DNA from: Flavobacteriales bacterium
GTDB taxonomy: Bacteria > Bacteroidota > Bacteroidia > Flavobacteriales_F > PHOS-HE28
Direction of reading: 5' to 3'
DNA length: 64,000 nucleotides
Assembly (NCBI GenBank): GCA_041391845.1
Contig: JAWKNG010000008.1
Span: 11,962 to 75,961, forward strand
Shown here in pieces: positions 40,682 through 50,943 of the stretch. Both the position numbers and the translations under genes were made by a program. The notes below the pieces were generated by a model. It was not told the DNA's origin. It worked only from the letters and a program-made list of their open reading frames with translations, and did no database searches. Numbering within the stretch: position 1 is the stretch's first letter; each line of letters opens with the position of its first letter.

Positions 40682-41610
40682 CCGTTGGTCGCCCCGGGGT
40701 GTTCCCGGGAACGGGCGGCAAAGGTAGGCCCTCCACGGGGAACCGTCGGTCGCACCAGGGTGATGTTGTCGATCAAGCGCACGGGTCCGACATACGCAGC
40801 GATGAGGGCCACTGCTTCTGTGCGGTCACCCCACTCTTCAAGCGGCTGAAGGTCCAGCGCATCGGCCACTCCGAAATGGTCCGATCGCACAGCGGGTTCT
40901 TCGGCGAGCACGTCCGCCACGGCTTTATGCAGATGGGCGGGCGGGAATTGGAAGGCAAGCTCCGCAGCGCGCTGCAGGGCTCTGTGTAGCACGGTGGCCT
41001 GTGCGCGCTCCTCGGCCGACAGCCGTTGGTTGCGCGAGCTCAGCGCCAAGCCGTCGGCCGCACGTACGGTGGGGCAAGGCACGATGCGTTCCGGCCAGCG
41101 CTCATGGCGGGCCACATGGCGCAGGATGGTAAGTTGTTGCCTGTCCTTCTCTCCGAAGAAGGCCATATCGGGTCGAACATGGAAAAAGAGCCGCTCGACC
41201 ACGTTCACCACGCCTTGGAAATGCCCGGGCCGGGAAGGTCCTTCCCAGTGGCCATCGAGTCCGCCGAGGTCATAGGTGCGGGGCTCGAACGCGTGGAACA
41301 GCTCCTCCTTGGTGGGGGCGAAGAGCACATCGCACTGGGCGTCGCTGAGCAGGGCGGCGTCCTGCTCCAACTGCCGGGGATAGTTCGCCAGGTCCCTCGG
41401 GTCGTTGAACTGGAGCGGATTGACGAAGATGGAACAGACCACCAGATCGGTGGACTTACGGGCCTGGCGGATAAGGTCCATATGGCCCTCGTGCAGCGCA
41501 CCCATGGTGGGCACGAAACCCACGCGGCCACCAGCGCGCCGGGCCGCCGCGCTACGCTCGGCCATATGGGTTGGCAGCGTGATCCTCTCCACGATCGACG
41601 CGGTCTCCAT
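40678..41610 (-). CDS. panC: pantoate--beta-alanine ligase
   Basis: …[13 protein letters not shown]… HIGH-type motif and KMSKS-like region; 4-bp overlap with panD; an alternative start lies at 41565. Confidence 0.9.
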   Translation of the reverse strand: METASIVERITLPTHMAERSAAARRAGGRVGFVPTMGALHEGHMDLIRQARKSTDLVVCSIFVNPLQFNDPRDLANYPRQLEQDAALLSDAQCDVLFAPTKEELFHAFEPRTYDLGGLDGHWEGPSRPGHFQGVVNVVERLFFHVRPDMAFFGEKDRQQLTILRHVARHERWPERIVPCPTVRAADGLALSSRNQRLSAEERAQATVLHRALQRAAELAFQFPPAHLHKAVADVLAEEPAVRSDHFGVADALDLQPLEEWGDRTEAVALIAAYVGPVRLIDNITLVRPTVPRGGPTFAARSREHPGATNG

Positions 41611-41650
41611 GATGGCCGCGGGAGGGCCAAGCTACACCCTCTTGTTGAAG

Positions 41651-41676
41651 TTGCCCCTGAAAGTCTATATTTTTGT
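41651..41676 (+). promoter_or_regulatory. candidate Bacteroidetes sigmaA-type promoter (-33 TTG … -7 TAtaTTTTTG)
   Basis: TATATTTTTG matches the TAnnTTTG -7 consensus, about 20 nt downstream of a TTG, and about 30 nt upstream of the GlgA-like start. Confidence 0.4.
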
Positions 41677-41707
41677 ACTTTCTTTCACAGTCCCCCCCAT
41701 CGATCCC

Positions 41708-42532
41708 ATGAGTTTGAAGAACGCGAAGGTCCTGACCATCTCCCAGTCCATCCACCCCTTCCTGGATGGTCCCGAAGAGATGGCCAAGGCGGCGCGCCAG
41801 TTGCCGCAAGGCATCATGGAGTGCGGAAACGAGGTGCGGGTGTTCATGCCGAAGTTCGGCTGCATCAATGAGCGCCGCCACCAGTTGCACGAGGTCATCC
41901 GCTTGAGCGGTATGAACCTCATCATCAATGACACCGACCACGCCCTGTTGATCAAGGTCGCCAGTGTGCCCAACGCGCGCATGCAGGTCTACTTCATCGA
42001 CAACGAGGAGTTCTTCAAGCGCAAGTCCGGCACGCACGATGCGGAAGGCGCCTTCCATGGCGACAACGACGAGCGCGCGCTCTTCTTTGCTCGGGGGGTA
42101 CTCGAAACGGTGCGCAAGCTCGGTTGGACCCCGGACATCATTCACTGCCACGGGTGGATGAGCGCGTTCGTGCCCATGCTGGTGCGCAACCACTTCTCTG
42201 ACGACCCCCATTTCGAGGGCGCCAAGCTCGTGCTGAGCATCTACGATGACAAGAGCGAGCCGATGGACAAGGACCTGGCCAAGAAACTGGCCTCCGAGGG
42301 GCTCGGCAAGGAGCAGCTGAAGATGCTCGCCAAGCCCAGCACCGACGATCTGTACAAGTTCGCCCTAAGCATGTCGGACGGTGTGGTGAAAGCCAGCCCC
42401 AAGTTGAGCAAGGGCCTGGAGTCGGCCATCAAGGCCTATGAGCGTCCTGTGCTGAACTATCCGGCCGAGGCCGATCTCGTGAAGGCCCACGCCGAGTTCT
42501 ATCACACTGTGCTCGAGGAGGCCCTCGTCTGA
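41708..42532 (+). CDS. short glycogen/starch-synthase-like GT5 N-domain protein
   Basis: 274 aa resembling the N-terminal Rossmann half of bacterial GlgA (…KFGCINERRHQLHEV…DIIHCHGWMSAFVP…); its conserved neighbour DUF4270 follows. Confidence 0.7.
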   Translation: MSLKNAKVLTISQSIHPFLDGPEEMAKAARQLPQGIMECGNEVRVFMPKFGCINERRHQLHEVIRLSGMNLIINDTDHALLIKVASVPNARMQVYFIDNEEFFKRKSGTHDAEGAFHGDNDERALFFARGVLETVRKLGWTPDIIHCHGWMSAFVPMLVRNHFSDDPHFEGAKLVLSIYDDKSEPMDKDLAKKLASEGLGKEQLKMLAKPSTDDLYKFALSMSDGVVKASPKLSKGLESAIKAYERPVLNYPAEADLVKAHAEFYHTVLEEALV

Positions 42533-42534
42533 TC

Positions 42535-43893
42535 GTGACCCCTTCGCACGGACCCTTTCACCGTGCCCGGCTGCGCAGCTGGGCCATGTTCGCGTTGTTC
42601 TCGGCTGTCGTGCTGTCGTGCCGTAAGCCGGAAGAGGACCTCGGCATCGATCTGTTGCCTGCCGAGCCGCTGGGAACCACCACGGAGTTGGCCGCAGTGC
42701 GCGCCTACACGCGACCGGACACCGCCGTCCGTACCAGTGGCCTCACCCGCCAGCTCGTGGGCTCCTACCTCGACCTCCAGTTCGGGTCGGTCCGCGTGGG
42801 CACGGTCTTCCAGCTGCAGCTGTCTGTGAACAACATCGGTGCCGGGCAGGATAACACCGGGTTGGTGGCGGACAGCCTTGTGCTCGCGTTGCCCTACGAC
42901 CTGTCCACGGCACCTTACGGAGGGACCGATCCGCAGGTGTTCCAGGTATTTGAACTGGGGCAGGCACTGTCCGTCGATTCCCTCTACTTCAACGACCGCG
43001 TTCCGGCGCACGATGCGAACGCCGATCTGGTCGCCGACAGGGGCGGACGCATCAGGCCTGACCTGGCCGGACGTCCGGTGGTGCTCGGAGACACCTTGGT
43101 GCCACAGCTTCGCATCCGGTTGGACCAAGCGCTGGCGGAGCGCTTTCGCCAGGCGTTCGGGCAGCCGGCCTTCGCGGGCGGCGTGGCGTTCCAAGAGTTC
43201 TTCAAGGGCCTCTATGTCACCGTGAACAACGGATCCCAGCTCCCGTTCGAGCAAGGCATCCTGCCGTTGAACCTGCTCTCCACTGCGGCCAAGGTCACCC
43301 TCTACTACCGCAATACGCTCGTCGACCCCTCGGCCACCCTCGCGCTGGACTTCCCGATCGGCCAGAACAGTGTCCGCTACACGGTGGTGGAGCGCGACCG
43401 CGCTGCGGCCATCGAACCGGGTCTGGTGGAGGCCATTGCTGATACCTCCGCACCTGCGGTCCGCGCCTATGTTCAGGCCTTGGGCGGTCTGCGCACGGGC
43501 CTGCGCTTCCCTGGACTGCGTCCGGAGCTGTACCAGGGCAAGGTGGTGGCACGGGCCATCTTGGTGGTCCCGCTCGATGGCAGCTTCAATCCCGACCTGT
43601 TCCCTCCCTCCCAGCTCTTCGTGTTCCGCAGGAGGGATACGGGTGGTGATGCCTTCCTTCCAGACCAGCTGCAGGGAACGGGATCGATCGACGGCCTCTA
43701 CAGCAGTGCCGATCGCAGCTATCGGTTCAACATCACGCGGTATGTGCAGGGGGTGTTGAACGGTACCATCGAGGAGGACGTGCTCGAGCTGGTCCCTGGA
43801 AGCAATGGCACCACGGTGGCGAGAGCGATCCTTGCAGGCCCGGCCCGGCCGGAAGGCGGCTTGCGGCTGGAACTTACATTTACCACATACTGA
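42535..43893 (+). CDS. DUF4270-family lipoprotein
   Basis: Signal with lipobox (FSAVVLSC); this family is typically encoded between the GlgA-like gene and glmS in Bacteroidota. Confidence 0.6.
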   Translation: MTPSHGPFHRARLRSWAMFALFSAVVLSCRKPEEDLGIDLLPAEPLGTTTELAAVRAYTRPDTAVRTSGLTRQLVGSYLDLQFGSVRVGTVFQLQLSVNNIGAGQDNTGLVADSLVLALPYDLSTAPYGGTDPQVFQVFELGQALSVDSLYFNDRVPAHDANADLVADRGGRIRPDLAGRPVVLGDTLVPQLRIRLDQALAERFRQAFGQPAFAGGVAFQEFFKGLYVTVNNGSQLPFEQGILPLNLLSTAAKVTLYYRNTLVDPSATLALDFPIGQNSVRYTVVERDRAAAIEPGLVEAIADTSAPAVRAYVQALGGLRTGLRFPGLRPELYQGKVVARAILVVPLDGSFNPDLFPPSQLFVFRRRDTGGDAFLPDQLQGTGSIDGLYSSADRSYRFNITRYVQGVLNGTIEEDVLELVPGSNGTTVARAILAGPARPEGGLRLELTFTTY

Positions 43894-43899
43894 CCACCG

Positions 43900-45744
<1,845 letters not shown>

Positions 45745-45774
45745 TCGAACGGCACGCCCTTGGGGGGCGCCGGC

Positions 45775-46098
45775 TCAGCGCCACATGAGGAGCTTGTCGT
45801 TGTTGCGGAAACGCTCCTGGTCACGTGCGAAGAGCAGGTGCCCCAGGTCGATGAGCGGCAGGATGCCGAACCCGCCCAGGGTGGCACCATAGATCACCAC
45901 CACCTTGGGGCTGGTGCCCAGGTGCAACCTGTGCGCCCCGAAGGGCCCGAGGAACACGGCCAGCACGGCGGCTGTTGCGCGGGGATCACGTGCCTCCGTC
46001 GGTGCGGGTGGTGTCCCGGCCAGTTCTGACAGGATGGGAGGCTCGCCTTGCAAGGGCTGGAAAGGGCCGCTCGCTGTGCAGGCAAGATGCAGGGTCAT
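45775..46098 (-). CDS. TM2-domain membrane protein
   Basis: C-terminal …AVLAVFLGPFGAHRLHLG…VVVIYGATLGGFGILPLIDLGHLLF… is a typical TM2 hairpin; start at ATG 46098 checked against the DNA. Confidence 0.65.
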   Translation of the reverse strand: MTLHLACTASGPFQPLQGEPPILSELAGTPPAPTEARDPRATAAVLAVFLGPFGAHRLHLGTSPKVVVIYGATLGGFGILPLIDLGHLLFARDQERFRNNDKLLMWR

Positions 46099-46181
46099 TG
46101 CCACGAGCAATACCCCGGCCCTTGAACAGGAACGGATGCCCCGGGATGGTCCCGGAACATCCGTTCGTTGTTCGGAGAGGC

Positions 46182-46790
46182 TCACTTTCCAGCGGCGTAG
46201 CGACGGGCCACCTCGGCCCAGTTGACCACGTTCCAGAAGGCGCTGATATAGTCCGGGCGGCGGTTCTGGTAGTGCAGGTAGTAGGCGTGTTCCCACACGT
46301 CCATTCCAAGGATGGGCGTGCCGCCACAACCTACGCCGGGCATCAGCGGGTTGTCCTGGTTGGGTGTGGAGCAGACCTCCAGCCTGCCACCCTTGTGCAC
46401 GCACAGCCACGCCCATCCGCTGCCAAAGCGTGTGGCTCCGGCGGTGGAGAATTTCTCCTTGAACGCATCGAAGGAGCCGAAGTCGCGGTCGATCGCGGCG
46501 GCCAGGTCACCGCTCGGGTTGCCACCGGCGTTCGGGGCCATCACGGTCCAGAACAGGCTGTGATTGTAATGGCCGCCCCCGTTGTTGCGCACCGCCATGT
46601 TGTTCATGTCGAGTCCCTTCATCAGGTCCTCGATGGGCTTTCCTGCGTCAGCGGAACCCTCCAGCGCCTTGTTCAGGTTGTTCACGTAAGCCTGGTGATG
46701 CTTGCCGTGGTGGATCTGCATCGTGGCAGTGTCGATATGGGGTTCAAGCGCATCGTGCGCGTAGGGTAGAGCAGGGAGTTCGTAGGCCAT
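46182..46790 (-). CDS. sodA: Fe/Mn superoxide dismutase
   Basis: [36 protein letters not shown]…; the metal ligands His/His/Asp/His are conserved (…GWAWL…, …DVWEHAYY…); start at the internal ATG. Confidence 0.95.
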   Translation of the reverse strand: MAYELPALPYAHDALEPHIDTATMQIHHGKHHQAYVNNLNKALEGSADAGKPIEDLMKGLDMNNMAVRNNGGGHYNHSLFWTVMAPNAGGNPSGDLAAAIDRDFGSFDAFKEKFSTAGATRFGSGWAWLCVHKGGRLEVCSTPNQDNPLMPGVGCGGTPILGMDVWEHAYYLHYQNRRPDYISAFWNVVNWAEVARRYAAGK

Positions 46791-46927
46791 GGTGGAACGG
46801 TTCTGTCGGTTGAACGGATGCCTTCGTGGGCAGGTACAAAGATACTGCCGATGAATCGCCATGACCAGTTGGAAATGAGCGAAAGACAGCTACCTTTGCG
46901 GCCACTTTCACCAAAACCAACCGTTCC

Positions 46928-47164
46928 GTGTACAACAAGTTCGCTCTCGTAGCCGCTCTGGCGGCCTTTGTAGTGGCCTGTGGTCCTTCCCAGGCTGAGA
47001 TGGAAGCCAAGGCCAAGGCTACAGCCGACAGCCTGGCCGCTGTGGCCGCCGCTGACAGCATGCGCATCGCCGAAGAGGCTGCCGCTGCCGCCGCCGCTGC
47101 TGCCGCTGCTGCTGACAGTGCCGCCGCCCTCGTGGACAGCGCTGCTGCCACCATTGCCAAGTAA
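46928..47164 (+). CDS. small Ala-rich lipoprotein (paralogue 1)
   Basis: MYNKFALVAALAAFVVAC lipobox; low-complexity Ala-rich body. Confidence 0.5.
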   Translation: MYNKFALVAALAAFVVACGPSQAEMEAKAKATADSLAAVAAADSMRIAEEAAAAAAAAAAAADSAAALVDSAAATIAK

Positions 47165-47187
47165 GTAACCCCGAAACACGAACGACC

Positions 47188-47448
47188 ATGCTGAAGAAAT
47201 TCGCCCTCGTTGCCACCCTGGCCGCCTTCTTCGTTGCTTGCAGCAGCGAGCAGGCCGAGACCATGCAGGAGAACGCTACCAATGCAGTGGAGAACGCTGC
47301 CACGGAAGCTGAAGCTACCGCCACCGAAGCTGTTGAAGCAGTGGAGGGTGCTGTGGAGACCGCCGGTGAGGCTGTTGAGGATGCTGCCGGTGAAGTGAAG
47401 GAAGCCACCGAGCAGGCCGTTGAAGAAGTGAAGGAAGCTACGCACTAA
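47188..47448 (+). CDS. small Ala/Glu-rich lipoprotein (paralogue 2)
   Basis: MLKKFALVATLAAFFVAC lipobox nearly identical to paralogue 1; Glu/Ala/Val-rich repeats; followed by a terminator. Confidence 0.55.
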   Translation: MLKKFALVATLAAFFVACSSEQAETMQENATNAVENAATEAEATATEAVEAVEGAVETAGEAVEDAAGEVKEATEQAVEEVKEATH

Positions 47449-47470
47449 GCGTACATCATCTGACAGGAAT

Positions 47471-47496
47471 AGGGGCCTTCGGGCCCCTATTTTCGT
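47471..47496 (+). terminator. rho-independent terminator
   Basis: AGGGGCC-ttcg-GGCCCCT followed by ATTTTCGTT. Confidence 0.75.
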
Positions 47497-47618
47497 TGCT
47501 ACAGTTCCCGCATGCTTCGGGGGGGAACGGCCATCACACGACACCGGTCATGCAGTTGGGGCAGATCCACGTGGAACAGGCTGCTCAGCCCGGACCAGGG
47601 TCCAGGGTCCAGGTGTCC

Positions 47619-49238
47619 TTAGCGCGCCGCCTGGGGTGATGCCAGTTCGTGCACGGCCCGCTGGTAGATGTTGTCCGTCTCCAGCATGATCCGGTAGAAG
47701 CCACCGTTGCCCCAGATGTTGCGCGCGATGCCAGCCTTCAGTCGCAGACCGATCTGGCGCTCGCTGCGCTGCGCATCCTGTGGGTCCACGCGGATGCCGT
47801 CCGCTTCGGCATGGCGTTGCAGGTCACGGAGCAGCGCCGGGCCCACCTGGTAGCGCATGGCGAACACTTCCGCCGAGCCCATGGCCCGCAAGCGTTCACG
47901 CTCCTTGTCCGCCACTTCGAAGGCGAAGTCGTTCAAGGCGCCGCTGAAGAACAGTTCCGTGAGATAGTTCGAGCCCTCCGATGTATCGGTGGGCACGAAG
48001 ATGTCCGGCATGACGCCACCGCCGCCATAGACGGTGCGGCCCTTCAGCGTGGTGTATACCTGGCTGCTGTCCACCCGCACACTGTCCTGGGACAGGAACT
48101 CTCCATGCACCATGCGCTCCTCCAGATCGTCCGCATAGTCGATCCCCGCACCGTAAGGGCGTTGGATGGAACGGCCGCTGGGCGTGTAGTACCGCGCAGT
48201 GGTGAGCCGGATGGCACTGGCGTCCGGCAGGTCCACATGCTCCTGCACCAGTCCTTTGCCGAAGGTGCGACGCCCCACCAGGATGCCGCGGTCGTTGTCC
48301 TGCACGGCCCCGGCGATGATCTCGCTGGCACTGGCAGAACCTTCGTCGATGAGCACCGCCAGCGGCATGTCCTCGAACTCCCCGGCAGAGGTGGCGGTGA
48401 TGTCCTGGCGCGGCGAGTTGCGTCCCTGGGTGTACACGATGGTGCGTCCGCGCGGGAGGAACTCATCAGCCAGTTCGATGGCTGAGGTAAGGAACCCTCC
48501 GCCGTTGCCCCGGAGGTCCAGCACCAGGGTCCGCATGCCTTGCGCCCGCAGTTTGCGCGCCGCCTCGAGGAACTCTGCATGGGTGTTCTTCGCGAAGCGG
48601 ACCAGTTTGATGTAGCCGACCCCGTCCGCCCCGAGCAATGCGGTGGACACACTGTTGATGGGCACCTTGCCGCGCGTGATGGCCACCGTGAACGGAGCCT
48701 TGCGACCATGACGGAGCAGGGTCACCTCCACGCTGCTGCCCCGGGGACCGCGCAGGCTGTTCATCACGTCCTCATTACGGATGTCCGGGCCGGTAAGGCC
48801 CAGTCTGTCGGCTTTCAGGATGCGATCGCCGGCGCGGATGCCGAGGGCTTCACTGGGGCCGCCCTCCACGGGGGTTATCACCACCACTGTATCGCGTTGG
48901 ATGGCGAACTCCACGCCGATGCCATCGAAGCTGCCTTCCAGCGGTTCCTGGGTGGCGCGCAACTCTTCCGCGGTGATGTAGTAGCTGTGCGGGTCCAGGC
49001 GCTGGAGCAGGTCCTGGAGCACTTCGTCCACGAGCGCCTGCTTTTCCACGCTGTCCACGTATTGCCGGTCGATGAGATCGAGCACCTCGCCGATCTTGGT
49101 GGCCGCCGATGGTTCGCGCAGCATGAACACGGGCCTGATGGCCCCTCCGCCACCCATGTCGCGTCCGATGAACAGCCCGGCGATCAGGGCCAGAGAGAGG
49201 CCGAGGGGATAGAGGGCTGAGCGGGTGCTGCGGCGCAT
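47619..49238 (-). CDS. ctpA: S41-family carboxyl-terminal processing peptidase
   Basis: PDZ domain followed by the S41 catalytic region (…NGGGFLTSAIELADEFL… … VLIDEGSASASEIIAGAVQD…RRTFGKG). Confidence 0.9.
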   Translation of the reverse strand: MRRSTRSALYPLGLSLALIAGLFIGRDMGGGGAIRPVFMLREPSAATKIGEVLDLIDRQYVDSVEKQALVDEVLQDLLQRLDPHSYYITAEELRATQEPLEGSFDGIGVEFAIQRDTVVVITPVEGGPSEALGIRAGDRILKADRLGLTGPDIRNEDVMNSLRGPRGSSVEVTLLRHGRKAPFTVAITRGKVPINSVSTALLGADGVGYIKLVRFAKNTHAEFLEAARKLRAQGMRTLVLDLRGNGGGFLTSAIELADEFLPRGRTIVYTQGRNSPRQDITATSAGEFEDMPLAVLIDEGSASASEIIAGAVQDNDRGILVGRRTFGKGLVQEHVDLPDASAIRLTTARYYTPSGRSIQRPYGAGIDYADDLEERMVHGEFLSQDSVRVDSSQVYTTLKGRTVYGGGGVMPDIFVPTDTSEGSNYLTELFFSGALNDFAFEVADKERERLRAMGSAEVFAMRYQVGPALLRDLQRHAEADGIRVDPQDAQRSERQIGLRLKAGIARNIWGNGGFYRIMLETDNIYQRAVHELASPQAAR

Positions 49239-49241
49239 GGG

Positions 49242-49691
49242 TCAGGGAAGTTCGAGTTTCCGCACCATCAGGCCGCCCTTCTCCAGCAGCTGCAGGCCAT
49301 CGGTATCCTTATAGGCGTCCAGGTAGACCAAGCGTTCGATACCCGCCTGCAGGATGAGCTTGCTGCACTCCTTGCAGGGCGAGTGTGTCAGATATAACGT
49401 CGCACCGCGCGCATTGTTGGTGCTGCGGGCCACTTTCAGGATGGCGTTGGCCTCGGCGTGGAGCACGTACCAGTGGGTGAGGCCCTGTTCATCCTCGCAG
49501 TCGTTGGGGGCGCCGGTGGGGGTCCCGTTGTAACCGTCGCTGATGATCATGCCCTCCTTCACGATAAGGGCGCCGACCTTCTTGCGGGTGCAGTGGCTCA
49601 GCTTGGCCCACTCCAACGCCATGCGCATATAGGCCCGGTCGTAGCGGTCCTGCTTGGCGGGGTCGGGGTAAACGAGGTCGTCCTGTTGCAT
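49242..49691 (-). CDS. deoxycytidylate (dCMP) deaminase, ComEB-like
   Basis: Zinc-binding HAEANAI … PCKECSKLI motifs of the cytidine/dCMP deaminase family. Confidence 0.85.
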   Translation of the reverse strand: MQQDDLVYPDPAKQDRYDRAYMRMALEWAKLSHCTRKKVGALIVKEGMIISDGYNGTPTGAPNDCEDEQGLTHWYVLHAEANAILKVARSTNNARGATLYLTHSPCKECSKLILQAGIERLVYLDAYKDTDGLQLLEKGGLMVRKLELP

Positions 49692-49762
49692 CGGATCGGC
49701 GGGAACGCCCGGGCCGTGTTCCCGATCATCTGATCATCTGATCGGGCGATCATCTGATCCGC

Positions 49763-49847
49763 TGGTACCCAGGGCGGGACTCGAACCCGCACGAATTGCT
49801 TCACTGGTGTTTGAGACCAGCGCGTCTACCGATTCCGCCACCTGGGT
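49763..49847 (-). tRNA. tRNA-Leu(CAA), class II long variable arm, CCA encoded
   Basis: Reverse complement reads ACCCAGG…GGCGGAATCGGTAGACGC…CTGGT-CTCAAAC-ACCAG…long variable arm…GGGTTCGAGTCCCGCC-CTGGGT-A-CCA. Confidence 0.85.
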
Positions 49848-49920
49848 GTGGTGTTGGGGGCTGCGAAGATAGTGTTCACACGTTCTCCAACAGCTTCCAG
49901 ACCCACCTTCCCACTGTGAT

Positions 49921-49997
49921 CCGTTCACACCTTTCTGATGGGCACGCGCTCCTGCCGCATGCTGTCGCTTTCACGGATGGTGACGGCGTTGTCGCTG
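49921..49997. repeat. direct repeat copy A (about 75 bp, about 80% identical to 51013-51078), a glyQS 3'-end duplicate next to tRNA-Leu
   Basis: Shared string CCGTTC(A)CACCT..CTGATGGGCACGCGCTCCT.GCC.C..GCTGTCGC…CGGATGGT.AC. On the minus strand copy A encodes …ASDNAVTIRESDSMRQERVPIRKV*. Confidence 0.75.
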
Positions 49998-50547
49998 GCT
50001 ACAACCCATCAGTGGCCCATCCTAGTTCGATGGGGTCACAATAGAGCTCGATAATGTCCTTGCATTTCTCAACGACCTCATCATCATCGCGGTATTGATA
50101 GGCAAGAAGTCTTGCTGTGTAACCATCAGCGGAGTTGGAACCTTTATCGAATGAGGCCCAATACTTCCAGCAGAATTGCTTCAGCATCCTCACTCCGTAG
50201 ATGTTATCAGTATCCAGCAGAGGCTATCGTATGCATTGCTGAAAGCAGTACCACCCGTTTCTGAGGCTTCCGCCCATCGTTGTATGGCAGCTTCAATCGA
50301 TTCATCTTCACAATTTCCTCAATTCCCCCGCGCATCCATCTTTTCGCGCAGCATCCCAGGGTTCCTGCCCTCAGGCGCGTTGGGTACGCCCTGCGGGGTG
50401 GTCAGCTCTTCATCGCATTCCGCATGGCGTTGTCCACGATGAACCCTTTCGGAGCGAGAGGTCCTCATCGAGGGCCTCCCAGTGTATGCTGCGGGCCCCC
50501 GGCGATCAAGGACCATTTCTTTTCCAATGCGACCTCGTTTGCCCCCT

Positions 50548-50700
50548 TCAAACGGGCATGACCGAAACGGTGCTTCGAATGGTGCTGCCATTGTTCAGCA
50601 CGACCATCAGGATATCGAGGTCCTTACGGACGTACACATCCTTGATCCGCAAGCCCTCTTCAATGATGAGCTTGTCGATCGGGTCAGAGGACGCTTGCCT
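50548..50700 (-). pseudogene. truncated DUF2442-family gene, the usual partner of DUF4160
   Basis: Directly after the DUF4160 stop, the frame reads …LRIKDVYVRKDLDILMVVLNNGSTIRS…*, which is the N-terminal beta-strand signature of DUF2442. There is no ATG, and it stops after about 50 codons. Confidence 0.45.
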
Positions 50701-50943
50701 TCAGGCTTCGTTGAAGTGGTCTTTCCAGGCTTGGAGGAGCGCATGGTGATGTTCTTTCAATAGTTCTCGGATGGTCCGCAGTTCCTGCACCTTGAAACCA
50801 TCGCTGTACTCCTCCGCCAGATCGGGATCAAGCCACCATTTGGATTCCGCCTTCCCTTTGATGACGTGGATATGCGGCGGTTCGCTGTTCTCGTTACCTA
50901 GAACTTGAACGTGAAGCCATGGAGCTTGGAGTACCGTAGGCAC
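50701..50943 (-). CDS. DUF4160-domain protein
   Basis: MPTVLQAPWLHVQVLGNENSEPPHIHVIKGKAESKWWL… is the canonical DUF4160 N-terminus, including the HxHV motif. Confidence 0.7.
   Translation of the reverse strand: MPTVLQAPWLHVQVLGNENSEPPHIHVIKGKAESKWWLDPDLAEEYSDGFKVQELRTIRELLKEHHHALLQAWKDHFNEA

Noticed and set aside
45764-45790. Possible terminator after glmS (GGCACGCCC…GGGCGCCGG)
   Set aside because: The stem is imperfect and there is no U-tract, so it was not called.
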